Source: a virus (Duplodnaviria; Caudoviricetes). Taken from it: a stretch of DNA of 29,027 bases. The DNA is taken from positions 1 through 29,027 of the IMG/VR virus record IMGVR_UViG_3300017903_001998. One strand, given 5' to 3'. Below the pieces are notes generated by a model. The model had not been told where the DNA came from. It worked only from the letters and a program-made list of their open reading frames with translations, and ran no database searches. The first letter of the stretch is position 1. Every line of letters starts with the position of its first letter. The position numbers and the translations under genes are program-made. Positions 1-9,347 of the stretch are shown piece after piece.

Positions 1-606
1 GGTGAAGAAAAGGTTGATAAGGTTATGGCCCCTTCACCCTCATATGCGACTATGCCTATGGGAGAAAAGGGTAGAGAAGTAAGTTCACTATCTAAAGCTG
101 TAGAGGCTATTTCTGGGGCGAAAAATATTGACCCAGTATTTAAGCAGGGTGAAGGCACCCTTGGCTACGCTAAGTTTCTTATAGACGCAGGTCTGCTTGA
201 ACCAGACAGTAAGATAGCGAATTTGTTAAACTCTAAAGTCGGAGAGGCGTTGGCGACTGGACTTGGATCACAGTTGCTTTCAAATTTTGACAAAGAAGAA
301 CAGTTGGGAAGTGGAGCGGCTACTCGACCCTTTGGCGGTGAAGGTAACGTTAACATTAATATTCCACGTAGATATGCAGATGGTGGGTTTATAGATGGTC
401 AATATTTCCCCCGCCGCAACGGGGGTATTATGCCATCAGAAGGTTCTGGTCAAAAAGATGATGTTCCTGCTATGCTAATGGCAGGTGAATTTGTGCTTAC
501 AAAAGACGCGGTAAAGGGTCTTGGTAATGGTGATTCTCAAAAGGGTATACAAAAGGCTTACTCTATGATGAATCAACTAGAGAGAAAGGCGAACAATTAT
601 GGCTGA
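1..606 (+). CDS. Putative virion protein, C-terminal part (5'-truncated)
   Basis: The frame is open from base 1 (GEEKVDKVM...). The C-terminus has YADGG followed by GSGQKDDVPAMLMAGEFVLTKDAV, the GxGxxDxxPAMLxxGEFV motif common in phage tape-measure/structural proteins. Confidence 0.7.
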   Translation, partial: GEEKVDKVMAPSPSYATMPMGEKGREVSSLSKAVEAISGAKNIDPVFKQGEGTLGYAKFLIDAGLLEPDSKIANLLNSKVGEALATGLGSQLLSNFDKEEQLGSGAATRPFGGEGNVNINIPRRYADGGFIDGQYFPRRNGGIMPSEGSGQKDDVPAMLMAGEFVLTKDAVKGLGNGDSQKGIQKAYSMMNQLERKANNYG

Positions 607-1972
607 TTATGTACAAGAAAATATTCAGCGTCGTCCCGAATATATTGAGCGCCTTGAAAAAGCTCTACTTAGCGGAATTTTTGGGCAAGAAGCCACTGAG
701 GACATATATGGTCAAGGCGCTCAATTGTCTGGTGATGCACTTCAAAGCCAAGCTGAAGATGTTTTAAAAATGTCAACAGGGTTACTGGACCCTGATCTTA
801 GATTTGACGCGACTGGTGATGGTAAAATCACTTCAGAGGATGCCAAGCTGATTTTAGACGGTAGTTTCCCTGTTTATGAACAAGGCGCTCTTCTTCACAA
901 AAAGGGCGATATGTACGGGGGTCTTCTTCAAGACCCTAATCTTTTCCAAATAGCCCCGTATCTAATGGCGGGTCAGCAAGGTCGTGCCGAACCTATTGGA
1001 TATGATGAAACAACAGGCGAACCTATCTACAAAGAGGGTGAAAAAGCCGGAGATATTACTGGATTCGGCTTGGAGACATTCGCTTCACAAGCTCTTTCTG
1101 AAGATAAAGATAATGATGGAATCCCAGACTTCCTTGGTCGATATCAGCCATATTTTGAAACAGCAGGTGGTGCGGTTACTGGAGGCATCGAAGCTCTCAA
1201 TCGAGGCTTAGGCACACTTGGTGAGGCCAAGACATACTTTGGCCCTGCAGCAGAATATGTTTCTGGTGGCAGGGGTATGTATGATCCAAGCAGTTATGTC
1301 GAATCCTTTATGAACCCCTATACTGAAAATGTTATAGATGAAGTCGAAAAGGACATTGAGCGTCAGGGTGATGTTGCGCGTCAAAAGGGTGCGGCAAGTG
1401 CAATCGGGGCGGGTGCATTTGGTGGTTCTCGTCAAGGCATTCAAGCTGCAGAAATTGAAAGAAACATTGCAGACGCCAAAAGCAAGGCTACTGCGGATTT
1501 ACGTGCCAGAGGATATGACCAAGCTCTTAAAGCCTCTCAAGATGCTTATCAGCAGGGGGCGACTCGTGAGCTAGAGGCTGGTCGCTTGATGGGTGGTCTT
1601 GGTCAGTCTGTCGGTCAACTTGGTTCTCAATTTGGCACAATGGGTGGTCAATATGGCACACTTGGCGGTACTACAGCAGACATTGGTCGCGTTTACTCTG
1701 CTCTTGGTCCAGCAGACTTGGCATTTATGACAGGTGTGGGCGAGGCTGAACGTGCATATCGTCAGCAAATGATAGACACAGGTCGAATGGAGTATATGCG
1801 TCCAACTGAGCAAGCGTTGCTACCATATAATTACGCATATGGTGCGCTCAGTGGAACACCATCCGCAAGTGTGTATTCTGAAACTCAGCAGAAATACTCC
1901 CCCAGTACGAATCCATTTACCGCTGGCCTTGGCGCTTACACCACGCTTCAGGGAATTAATCAGGCTAAATAA
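599..1972 (+). CDS. Putative internal virion/ejection (DNA transfer) protein
   Basis: 457 aa, G/A/Q-rich. Contains FMNPY...GAGAFGGSRQG, typical of podovirus-type ejection-cluster proteins. Overlaps the upstream stop; AAAGG upstream. Confidence 0.6.
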   Translation: MADYVQENIQRRPEYIERLEKALLSGIFGQEATEDIYGQGAQLSGDALQSQAEDVLKMSTGLLDPDLRFDATGDGKITSEDAKLILDGSFPVYEQGALLHKKGDMYGGLLQDPNLFQIAPYLMAGQQGRAEPIGYDETTGEPIYKEGEKAGDITGFGLETFASQALSEDKDNDGIPDFLGRYQPYFETAGGAVTGGIEALNRGLGTLGEAKTYFGPAAEYVSGGRGMYDPSSYVESFMNPYTENVIDEVEKDIERQGDVARQKGAASAIGAGAFGGSRQGIQAAEIERNIADAKSKATADLRARGYDQALKASQDAYQQGATRELEAGRLMGGLGQSVGQLGSQFGTMGGQYGTLGGTTADIGRVYSALGPADLAFMTGVGEAERAYRQQMIDTGRMEYMRPTEQALLPYNYAYGALSGTPSASVYSETQQKYSPSTNPFTAGLGAYTTLQGINQAK

Positions 1973-1983
1973 GGCGAACAATT

Positions 1984-3768
1984 ATGGCTAGAGACCCTCT
2001 TAGAAGCTATCAAAACCAAATGATGAATTATGGTCTTGGTAGAGCTTTTGCTGACAATAAGCCTGTAACACGAGGGCAAATGGCATTAGCTGAAGTCCCT
2101 GAAGACCCAAAGACACTCGTAGACAATTTGCGCCGACTACAGATGTCTGGCGGGATTAGTGGTGCCCGTGAGCTTGTTCCGAGTAAGGCATTCTCTTTGC
2201 CTAATGATATTTTTGAAGCTACAGAGCAAGTTCTTTCAGCGGGTAAAGGAACCCCTTCAGACTTCGTACCATTTCAAATTCCCGAAGGCGCAAATGTTGT
2301 TAAGGGGGAGTCTGTTTCGCCCGGAACAATTACAAAGTCTAAAGGTGAGCTTGGCTCTAAGGTAATTCCAACTGACCTTATGGGCGGCAGAGGAACTGTC
2401 GTCGAGGGCATGGGTGATCGCGCAAAGGCTATGTCTCAGATAGTAGCAGACGCAGCTATCGATAAAAAAATGAATGCAGATGCTGCTGCTAAAGGCGATC
2501 CTGTAGAAGAAGCATTTATGGCTGGCATGGACGAGTTTATTAAAGCGGCTCGTGACGCAAAGGCACCCGGGGCAACTCAGGTCAGAAAGCTAGAGGATTA
2601 CAAAAAAGAGTTTGCAGAGGCAACTGGTTTAGATGTCAGCGGCAAAGTTGACAAAAGTCAGGCTTTGATGGCCTTTGGTCTTGCTCTCATGCAAAATCGT
2701 GCCGGAAAAGGATTTAACATTGGGAAGATGTTAAGTGCGGTAGGAGAGGCTGGTCAGTCTGCACTGCCTGAACTTGATGCGGCACGTAAAGAAGCAAGAG
2801 CAAATGCTGCAGCGGCTGGTAAATATGCACTAGACATGCGATCTGCCGACCAAGACAAATCTCTGAAAGCTGCGTTAGCTGCTCAACAACGTGGCAAGTA
2901 CTACATCATGCCAAAGTCTGAAGGTGCTAGTGGTTTTGTGTCTGTGATAGATGAAGCAAAGCCTGAGTTCTTAAATGCAACAGAGCTAAATTCTTTGGTA
3001 ACAAATCCTGAGTTTACAAAACAGTATGATGTGATCACAGGTGACAGGTTTGCTGAAATAGTGGACAAGGTTCTTGAAACCCCAGAAGCTCAAGAGATTT
3101 ATAAGTCTGCATATAAAAGCACTGTGACCCTGTTTGGTGATGAAGACGGTATTTCAAATCTATTCACCTTTGATGTGGTAAACCCTGAGCCAAATCTAGC
3201 AGGTCAATATCCTTCAAAAATGCTTAATAACCAAAAAGAAGGCCAAATTGTAAAGGCTCTTGGTTCTGCATTAGAAGATATTGATGCCTTGGATACGGCT
3301 TTTGCAGGTGCGATTGCTTCAATTGAAGATGGCGCAGCAACATTGCCTGCTCAAGTTGGTGATTACTTTGTTCAATTAGCGGACAGATTGGGCGTTGATG
3401 TCGCCGCTGATACCCCAACAGCAAGCTTGCAAAAATTCTTAACAAGATTCCAAGCAGAGAATGCGTCAGATATTCTTGGTGAGGCAGGTAAGACTCTTTC
3501 AGATAATGACCGTAGATTGGTAGCTGAAATTGTTGGCGATTTACCAAGCTTGTTTGAAGGCTCTCCAGACATCTTAAAAAGCAAACTTTTAGAGATGAAG
3601 AAAAAAGTCATTGATAGAAAGCGTAGACAAATCAACGATGCGTTTAGAACGCTAGATGGATATACGCCGGGTCGTGATTATAGCCCAATTTATGACGATG
3701 ATGACTGGACAGAAGAAGATCAAAAGGTTTTAGATGAGTTGAGAAAAACTCAAGGAGCTAATGCCTAA
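1984..3768 (+). CDS. Putative internal virion protein
   Basis: 594 aa helical, Ala-rich ORF within a tightly coupled run of three large ORFs; AAGGCG RBS-like sequence upstream. Function inferred from synteny. Confidence 0.5.
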   Translation: MARDPLRSYQNQMMNYGLGRAFADNKPVTRGQMALAEVPEDPKTLVDNLRRLQMSGGISGARELVPSKAFSLPNDIFEATEQVLSAGKGTPSDFVPFQIPEGANVVKGESVSPGTITKSKGELGSKVIPTDLMGGRGTVVEGMGDRAKAMSQIVADAAIDKKMNADAAAKGDPVEEAFMAGMDEFIKAARDAKAPGATQVRKLEDYKKEFAEATGLDVSGKVDKSQALMAFGLALMQNRAGKGFNIGKMLSAVGEAGQSALPELDAARKEARANAAAAGKYALDMRSADQDKSLKAALAAQQRGKYYIMPKSEGASGFVSVIDEAKPEFLNATELNSLVTNPEFTKQYDVITGDRFAEIVDKVLETPEAQEIYKSAYKSTVTLFGDEDGISNLFTFDVVNPEPNLAGQYPSKMLNNQKEGQIVKALGSALEDIDALDTAFAGAIASIEDGAATLPAQVGDYFVQLADRLGVDVAADTPTASLQKFLTRFQAENASDILGEAGKTLSDNDRRLVAEIVGDLPSLFEGSPDILKSKLLEMKKKVIDRKRRQINDAFRTLDGYTPGRDYSPIYDDDDWTEEDQKVLDELRKTQGANA

Positions 3769-6743
3769 TGGACAAGCGCCAAGAACTCACCATTCGTCAA
3801 CTACTTGCGCAGCCTGAAAACCTAAACAAGCGTCAGGAGCTTATTCTTCGTCGTGCGCTTGCAGGTGAAACTGCAGCAGATGATGCATTTAGCGAATTGT
3901 ATATGAGAAGTCTTGGTTCTCCTAAGAGCTTTGAGCAAAAAGTCTTAGAGAAGCGTGGTCGATCACTGCAGGAAGAACAGCAGTTCGATAGAAAGTCTGG
4001 TATTCAAAGCACAAAATTACGCTCTGCATTGGGCGCAGCGGAAAACAAAAAAGAAGAGGACAATATCCTCTATAAGTTTGGACTTACGCAGTCAGACTTT
4101 ATTCGCGATAGACGCGGGAATCTTGCGCTTACGCCAGAAGGCGCCACAAAGTTTGGCGTAAAAACAGATAAAAACATCGTTATCGATGAAGAAGGTTTCA
4201 GCAAGTATGACCTTGCTGACCTAATAGCAATATCTCCCGAGCTTGCTGGTGCCATTGGTGGTGCAGCAGTAGGTCAAACTGTAATTCCAGTGCCAATACT
4301 TGGCGCCATGATTGGTGGTTTCTTTGGTGGTGCAGGTGGCTCTCTTGCGGAAGAAGGCATCGAAGGTCTAGCGGGTGTATCATCGCAAACAGCAGGTGAT
4401 ATTGTGCAAGATGCCCTTGTTGAGGGATCACTAGCAGCAGCGGGTGAGGGCGTTGTTGGCCTTGTTGGTAAAGGCTTTAACGTCATTAAGAAAGGTCCAC
4501 AGAGCCGAGCGGATGAAGACACAATTCGTGCGGTTGGTATGGGTCGTGAAGAGTTCGGTATAACTGCAGACCCGGGTCGTGCTGGATTCCAGCCAATCCT
4601 TGCCCGTGCTTTTGCTATCGGTGAGAAAATTTTTGGCGGCTCCAAGCGCACACGAGAAAATGGCATTGCCATTCAGAATGCTGTAAAGGAGTTTAGAGAT
4701 GCATCTGGGTCTGTAGACCCTACAGCGTTAGGCTCTGCGTTGTTTTCTGCTCGTGAGGCCGGGCGAACAAAACTAACATCTCAAGTAAACGAAGCTCAAA
4801 AGAAAATTCTCAACCAGTTTAGAAATGTTGCTGATGACCTTGGTCGTGCAGCAGATCAAGACGTTGTGAACATCGATCAAGATTTATATGACGCTTGGAA
4901 AAACGCATATGTTGATTTTCAAAACCTTGCAGGTGCCCAGTTCAAATCAATAGATGATGCTGTAAAAAGTGCGGCTGGTGAATCTAATATTATACCAGTA
5001 GGCGACATCAAACGCTTCGCAAAAGATAACGCAGAACAGTTTAGAGGCTCTGTTTTAACAGACAGCACAGGTACAACTGTAACTGCACTAAACAGTCTCA
5101 AAGAGCTTGGCAGAGGCAAGAATGCAAGTTTTGCCCAACTTTACAATGCCCGTAAAAGTTTGAATGACTTTATCAATATGAATCCAAAAGACACCACGTT
5201 GGAGCGTTATGGTGGTGATCTTTTGAAGATGATTGATAACAAGTTAGAGTATTCAAATATTGAAGATTTGCTTGATTCTGCAGGTGCCACTATTTCTGAT
5301 GCGGGTCGCCGTAAGATTTTAAAAGCTGCAGATGATATTCCCAATGCTCGTGCTTTTTATAGAAAAGGTATGACTGCTTGGAATGAAGTAGCTGGAATTT
5401 CTGACCTAAGTTCAATTCGAAAAGAAATCAAAGAACTAGGCCAAGCAAACACCGCTGGTATGATGAAGCGCATTGTGAAGCCAAATAATCCAGAGCTTCT
5501 TAATCGCGCACAAAAAATGCTTGGTAATAACTTTGAACCTTTGCGTCAAAGAATTGCTGGAGAATGGATACGTGAGAACATTGGTCGTTCTGTGAATGAA
5601 CTTGATCCTAAAAACTTCAGAGGCTCAACTTTTAGAAACAGCGTAGATAAACTTGGTGCCACTGGCGAAAAGCTATTTGGTAAAAAGCAATATGGCGAGT
5701 TAAAGCGCCTTGCTGCACAAATGGACAATACAAGCCTAGCCAAAGCTGATGAAGCTGTGTTGCAGCGCGTAACCGCCTTAGCGAATGCCGATGAACCAAC
5801 AGTTGGTTTGGTTAAAGATTTGGCAAAAGCCCAAAAAGAAGCACTTGAGTTTGAAAAAGATCGCGTTCTCGCAAAGTTAGACAGCGGCGACTTGGACGAA
5901 GTTGCAGCCGCAAACCTAATTACAAGCCCTAACACTGCGCCAACAACAATTAGAAAGCTCGTCACATACTTCGATGATCCAAATGATCTACAGAAGTTAC
6001 GTGGCGTTTACATGGAAAACCTAATTGGTGACTTCTCTGAAAAGTTCTTATCTGAACCCGGGAAGATGGCAGAGTTTGGTGCAAGGCTACAGCGCGAAGC
6101 TCAAGCTGGTAGACTAAAGGAATTGTTCGGACCCGAAATGGCAGGTCGTATGCGCCGCTTTGGTGAGGTTCTTTCATTCAATGCAAAGACAACAGACGGT
6201 GGTCCATTGATTGCCTCTGGCATCGCAGCAGCGCCTCTGGAGAACCTTGGCAAACTTGCACGATTTGGCCTAATTACCCGCATGCTGTCTACTGACATAT
6301 TCTACAAGAATATCGATGACCAGTACCGAGCATTGACTGGTAAAGCATCTCGCCCTGAAAAGGCTAGAACACTTGGTAAACTGATCGGCAACGGCATCTC
6401 ACGGGCTATTGCACAAACTGGCGCCCAAGCTGTTGATGAAACTACGGTCAATGCGAAGCAGGCAGCGGAGAGCCTAATCCAAAGCGAGATCGATGAGCAG
6501 AAACGTTTGTCTGATGAGAGGTCGCAACGTGCGCCAACGCCTGCTCCAACACCAATTCCAAAAGTTCTGCCATCTTTGGATAGAGGTGTTGCCGCTGCTG
6601 CGCCTGTATCACAGCCACAAGATATATTGGGGCAGATACGTCAAAGGGCTGTGGAAAAGAGAAACATTCGCCAAAGAGCTAGAGAAAATCCTGCAGTAGC
6701 GGCGACATTACTGGGTGGTCTTGGAAGCGCAGGATTACTTTAA
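3768..6743 (+). CDS. Large putative internal virion/DNA-transfer protein
   Basis: 991 aa with TAATG coupling. Has a Gly/Ala hydrophobic segment (GAIGGAAVG...GAMIGGFFGGAGG), a long helical body and a C-terminal LLGGLGSAGLL tail, the layout of ejection proteins. Confidence 0.55.
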   Translation: MDKRQELTIRQLLAQPENLNKRQELILRRALAGETAADDAFSELYMRSLGSPKSFEQKVLEKRGRSLQEEQQFDRKSGIQSTKLRSALGAAENKKEEDNILYKFGLTQSDFIRDRRGNLALTPEGATKFGVKTDKNIVIDEEGFSKYDLADLIAISPELAGAIGGAAVGQTVIPVPILGAMIGGFFGGAGGSLAEEGIEGLAGVSSQTAGDIVQDALVEGSLAAAGEGVVGLVGKGFNVIKKGPQSRADEDTIRAVGMGREEFGITADPGRAGFQPILARAFAIGEKIFGGSKRTRENGIAIQNAVKEFRDASGSVDPTALGSALFSAREAGRTKLTSQVNEAQKKILNQFRNVADDLGRAADQDVVNIDQDLYDAWKNAYVDFQNLAGAQFKSIDDAVKSAAGESNIIPVGDIKRFAKDNAEQFRGSVLTDSTGTTVTALNSLKELGRGKNASFAQLYNARKSLNDFINMNPKDTTLERYGGDLLKMIDNKLEYSNIEDLLDSAGATISDAGRRKILKAADDIPNARAFYRKGMTAWNEVAGISDLSSIRKEIKELGQANTAGMMKRIVKPNNPELLNRAQKMLGNNFEPLRQRIAGEWIRENIGRSVNELDPKNFRGSTFRNSVDKLGATGEKLFGKKQYGELKRLAAQMDNTSLAKADEAVLQRVTALANADEPTVGLVKDLAKAQKEALEFEKDRVLAKLDSGDLDEVAAANLITSPNTAPTTIRKLVTYFDDPNDLQKLRGVYMENLIGDFSEKFLSEPGKMAEFGARLQREAQAGRLKELFGPEMAGRMRRFGEVLSFNAKTTDGGPLIASGIAAAPLENLGKLARFGLITRMLSTDIFYKNIDDQYRALTGKASRPEKARTLGKLIGNGISRAIAQTGAQAVDETTVNAKQAAESLIQSEIDEQKRLSDERSQRAPTPAPTPIPKVLPSLDRGVAAAAPVSQPQDILGQIRQRAVEKRNIRQRARENPAVAATLLGGLGSAGLL

Positions 6744-6937
6744 TCATTCATTGCAATTGAAATACCGCCATAAAGATTGCGTGATATTTCTTCTTTGAAT
6801 GTCTTGTTAAATTCTTGCTCGACAATCATAGCCAACTGCTGAGAAATGTTTCGCTTTTCTTTCTTTGCGATCTCAACAATCATTTCATAAGTCTCATCAC
6901 TAACCCCGACAGACTTGTATTTTGTTTTACGAACCAT
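6740..6937 (-). CDS. Ribbon-helix-helix (Arc/CopG-like) transcriptional regulator
   Basis: MVRKTKYKSVGVSDETYEMIVEIAKKEKRNISQQLAMIVE fits a beta-alpha-alpha RHH pattern. GGAG RBS lies upstream of the ATG at 6937. Confidence 0.7.
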   Translation of the reverse strand: MVRKTKYKSVGVSDETYEMIVEIAKKEKRNISQQLAMIVEQEFNKTFKEEISRNLYGGISIAMND

Positions 6938-6954
6938 TACAATTTCTCCCAGAA

Positions 6955-7329
6955 ATGTTACCAAAGACAGCATACTATTCTAAAAAACGTAGGTCAAGAA
7001 GCAAGTACGGCAACAAGAAAACTACGGTTGATGGAATCACGTTTGACTCTAAATGGGAGTCACAAAGATACTTGTATTTAAAGTCATTAGAACGGGCTGG
7101 TCGGGTTAAAAATCTACAGCTACAGCCCCGGTTTATCATTACAGTTAACAGTCAAAAAATTTGCACTTATGTTGCAGATTTTGAATACGATCTTGAGGGA
7201 ATGGACGGCTCTTGGGAACATGTGATCGAAGACGCAAAAGGCGTGGAAACCCCTGAATTTAAACTAAAAAAGAAGTTGATGAAGGCTGTTCACAACATCG
7301 AAATATACCTTTCTAAAAAAAGTGGTTGA
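6955..7329 (+). CDS. DUF1064-family PD-(D/E)XK nuclease (possible Holliday junction resolvase)
   Basis: Motifs SKYGNKKTTVDGITFDSKWE, YVADF and IEDAKG..T..FKLKKKLM. Start at ATG 6955 is a best guess. Confidence 0.8.
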   Translation: MLPKTAYYSKKRRSRSKYGNKKTTVDGITFDSKWESQRYLYLKSLERAGRVKNLQLQPRFIITVNSQKICTYVADFEYDLEGMDGSWEHVIEDAKGVETPEFKLKKKLMKAVHNIEIYLSKKSG

Positions 7330-7354
7330 CAAAAAATTTGCGCTACCACATGCT
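7326..7354 (+). promoter_or_regulatory. Sigma70-type promoter for the replication operon
   Basis: TTGACA (7326-7331), 17 bp spacer, CATGCT (7349-7354), followed by TCTAGA and an AAGGA RBS. Confidence 0.6.
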
Positions 7355-7386
7355 GTAGTCTCTAGAAAATTAAAAGGATAATCGAC

Positions 7387-7785
7387 ATGAACAGCGATAC
7401 TCTGTTCGAGCGTCGAGATCAGTTGAGGGCCACGATGGATGGTCTGAAAGCTGAACTCAAAGACATCGAAGAACAAATATCAGATACGTTCCTTGAACGT
7501 GCCAAGCAGTCATTGATGACTGAGGGCAAGGATTTTGGAACTGCGCATATTCTAGCAGGGAACAGAAAAATCAAAGCGGTCTTACGCAAGAAGGTAACTT
7601 GGGATCAAGAAGCTTTGCGTAAAGCCCTTGATGTAATGCCAGTGGATGACGCCCGTCACTACGGTAAACTCACTTTCTCAGTAGAAGAAAGAAAATACAA
7701 TGAAGCTCCACCTCGTGTGAAAGAGCTTCTCGAAGAATGCCGCACAGTAGAATTGGGTGGCGCAACTTTTTCAGTGGAGAGTTAA
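7387..7785 (+). CDS. Hypothetical phage protein (coiled-coil N-terminus), first gene of recombination module
   Basis: 132 aa with good RBS, directly coupled to the ATPase gene. Confidence 0.7.
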   Translation: MNSDTLFERRDQLRATMDGLKAELKDIEEQISDTFLERAKQSLMTEGKDFGTAHILAGNRKIKAVLRKKVTWDQEALRKALDVMPVDDARHYGKLTFSVEERKYNEAPPRVKELLEECRTVELGGATFSVES

Positions 7786-8658
7786 ATGCCTTTGAAAATC
7801 ATATCAGCCGACGAAAGGTTGGCAGAAAAACGCGGTCATAAGATCGTTGTTTTGGGCGCAAGTGGGGTTGGTAAAACAACCCTCGCCAAAACTCTTAATC
7901 CTAAGACAACATTGTTTATGGATTTGGAGGCGGGTGACTCAGCGTTGGAAGGACATCCTATCGACGTTGTTCGCCCAAATACTTGGGCAGAGTGCCGTGA
8001 CCTCGCGTGTTATGTCGGTGGTCCTAACCCTGCCCTTGCAGAAGATCAGCCATACAGCCAAGCGCATTATGATTACGTTTGCCAAACCTATGGTGAGCCA
8101 AGCAACGATCAGTCCATGATGAAGTATGATACAATTTTTGTGGACTCTATCACAGTCGCAGGTCGTCTGTGTTTCTCTTACTGTCAGCAGCAACCAGAGT
8201 CGCGTTCTGACCGCACTGGAAAGCTAGACACTCGTGCAGCTTACGGCATGCATGCAAGAGAGATGATGGGTTGGCTAACCCATCTGCAGCATATACGCGA
8301 AAAGAACGTAATCTTTGTTGGCATTCTTGATGAAGTAACAGACGATTACGGGCGCAAGCAATATACGCTGCAAATTGAAGGATCAAAGACAGGACGCGAA
8401 CTGCCGGGCATTGTAGATGAAGTCATCACAATGGCAGTGATGTCTGGAGAAAACGGCACATTTCGTGCGTTTGTCTGCGATGCCTTAAATGAGTATGGCT
8501 ACCCTGCGAAGGATCGCTCTGGACGCCTAGATGCTCTCGAAGAACCAGACTTGGGCAAGCTTATACACAAGATGCAAACAACTGAGCGCAAGTCAGAATT
8601 AACCTTTGTGAATCCACAAACAGAACTCCAAGGAGAAGTAAATCATGATCAATCTTAA
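7786..8658 (+). CDS. AAA_24 / Sak4-like P-loop ATPase (recombination/annealing protein)
   Basis: Walker A GASGVGKT, Walker B IFVDSIT, C-terminal AKDRSG motif; adjacent to an SSB-like gene. Confidence 0.8.
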   Translation: MPLKIISADERLAEKRGHKIVVLGASGVGKTTLAKTLNPKTTLFMDLEAGDSALEGHPIDVVRPNTWAECRDLACYVGGPNPALAEDQPYSQAHYDYVCQTYGEPSNDQSMMKYDTIFVDSITVAGRLCFSYCQQQPESRSDRTGKLDTRAAYGMHAREMMGWLTHLQHIREKNVIFVGILDEVTDDYGRKQYTLQIEGSKTGRELPGIVDEVITMAVMSGENGTFRAFVCDALNEYGYPAKDRSGRLDALEEPDLGKLIHKMQTTERKSELTFVNPQTELQGEVNHDQS

Positions 8659-9250
8659 TACAGCAGCAGTTAACGATGGACCCCAAGAATTTTCATTAAT
8701 TCCAGCAGGAACAATCGCTCGTGCAGTCATCATCGTCAAAATGGGTGACATTGAAATCCCTGAGTTTGGCTCAGGACAATGGTTCAAGCAATCGCAGTCA
8801 TCAAAAGCCAAGTGGATGGAACTTGAGTTCACAGTGCTTGGTGGTGAGTTTGACCGCCGTAAGTTTTGGGACCGTATTTTTGTCGATGGCGACAAAATGG
8901 GCCAGAGCGGTATGCCGCAAGCTAAAGAGATTGGTCTAAGCACATTGCGCCAGATCATCGAAAGCGCAAATGGCATTGATCCAACTGATATGTCAGAGGC
9001 AGCGCAGCAGCGTCGAAATATCTCAGGTATCATGGACTTGAATGGTATGGAGATATGCGCTAAAATTGGTATCAAGCGGGGTACAAATGGTTATTCTGAC
9101 AGTAACAAACTGACAGCAGCCATGACACCCAACCAGACGGGCTATATAGGTGCCGGACAAGCGCAAGTGCAACAAACCCCTGCAGCGGGTCAACCTGCAC
9201 AGCAACAAGCGTCATCCGGCGGTGTAGCGCCATCTTGGGCAAACAGGTAA
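8645..9250 (+). CDS. Phage single-stranded DNA-binding protein (DUF669-like)
   Basis: IPAG...ELEFTVLGGEFDRRKFW OB-fold-like core, Q/A/P-rich tail ending PSWA; position after Sak4-like ATPase; AAGGAG RBS. Confidence 0.65.
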   Translation: MINLNTAAVNDGPQEFSLIPAGTIARAVIIVKMGDIEIPEFGSGQWFKQSQSSKAKWMELEFTVLGGEFDRRKFWDRIFVDGDKMGQSGMPQAKEIGLSTLRQIIESANGIDPTDMSEAAQQRRNISGIMDLNGMEICAKIGIKRGTNGYSDSNKLTAAMTPNQTGYIGAGQAQVQQTPAAGQPAQQQASSGGVAPSWANR

Positions 9251-9317
9251 TCTAGCGCACAGGTGATATCCTACCTGCTAGACCACGGATAGGGGGGCCG
9301 TGGGCGAAAACCCCCCT
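9251..9317 (+). ncRNA. Candidate structured RNA: hairpin plus H-type pseudoknot
   Basis: Hairpin TCTAG/CAGGT...ACCTG/CTAGA (9251-9282). Then CCACGG pairs with CCGTGG and the loop AGGGGGG pairs with downstream CCCCCCT. Confidence 0.45.
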
Positions 9318-9347
9318 CACTTTCTAGACTAAACGGAGTTTCCCAAA

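Noticed and set aside
4070-6298. Multiple minus-strand ORFs of 60-140 aa
   Set aside because: These are antisense shadows of the 991-aa gene.
9251-9347. Readthrough or frameshift fusion of SSB to helicase driven by the pseudoknot
   Set aside because: The SSB frame hits TAG at about 9290 and the helicase frame has TAA at 9330-9332; no slippery heptamer is evident.
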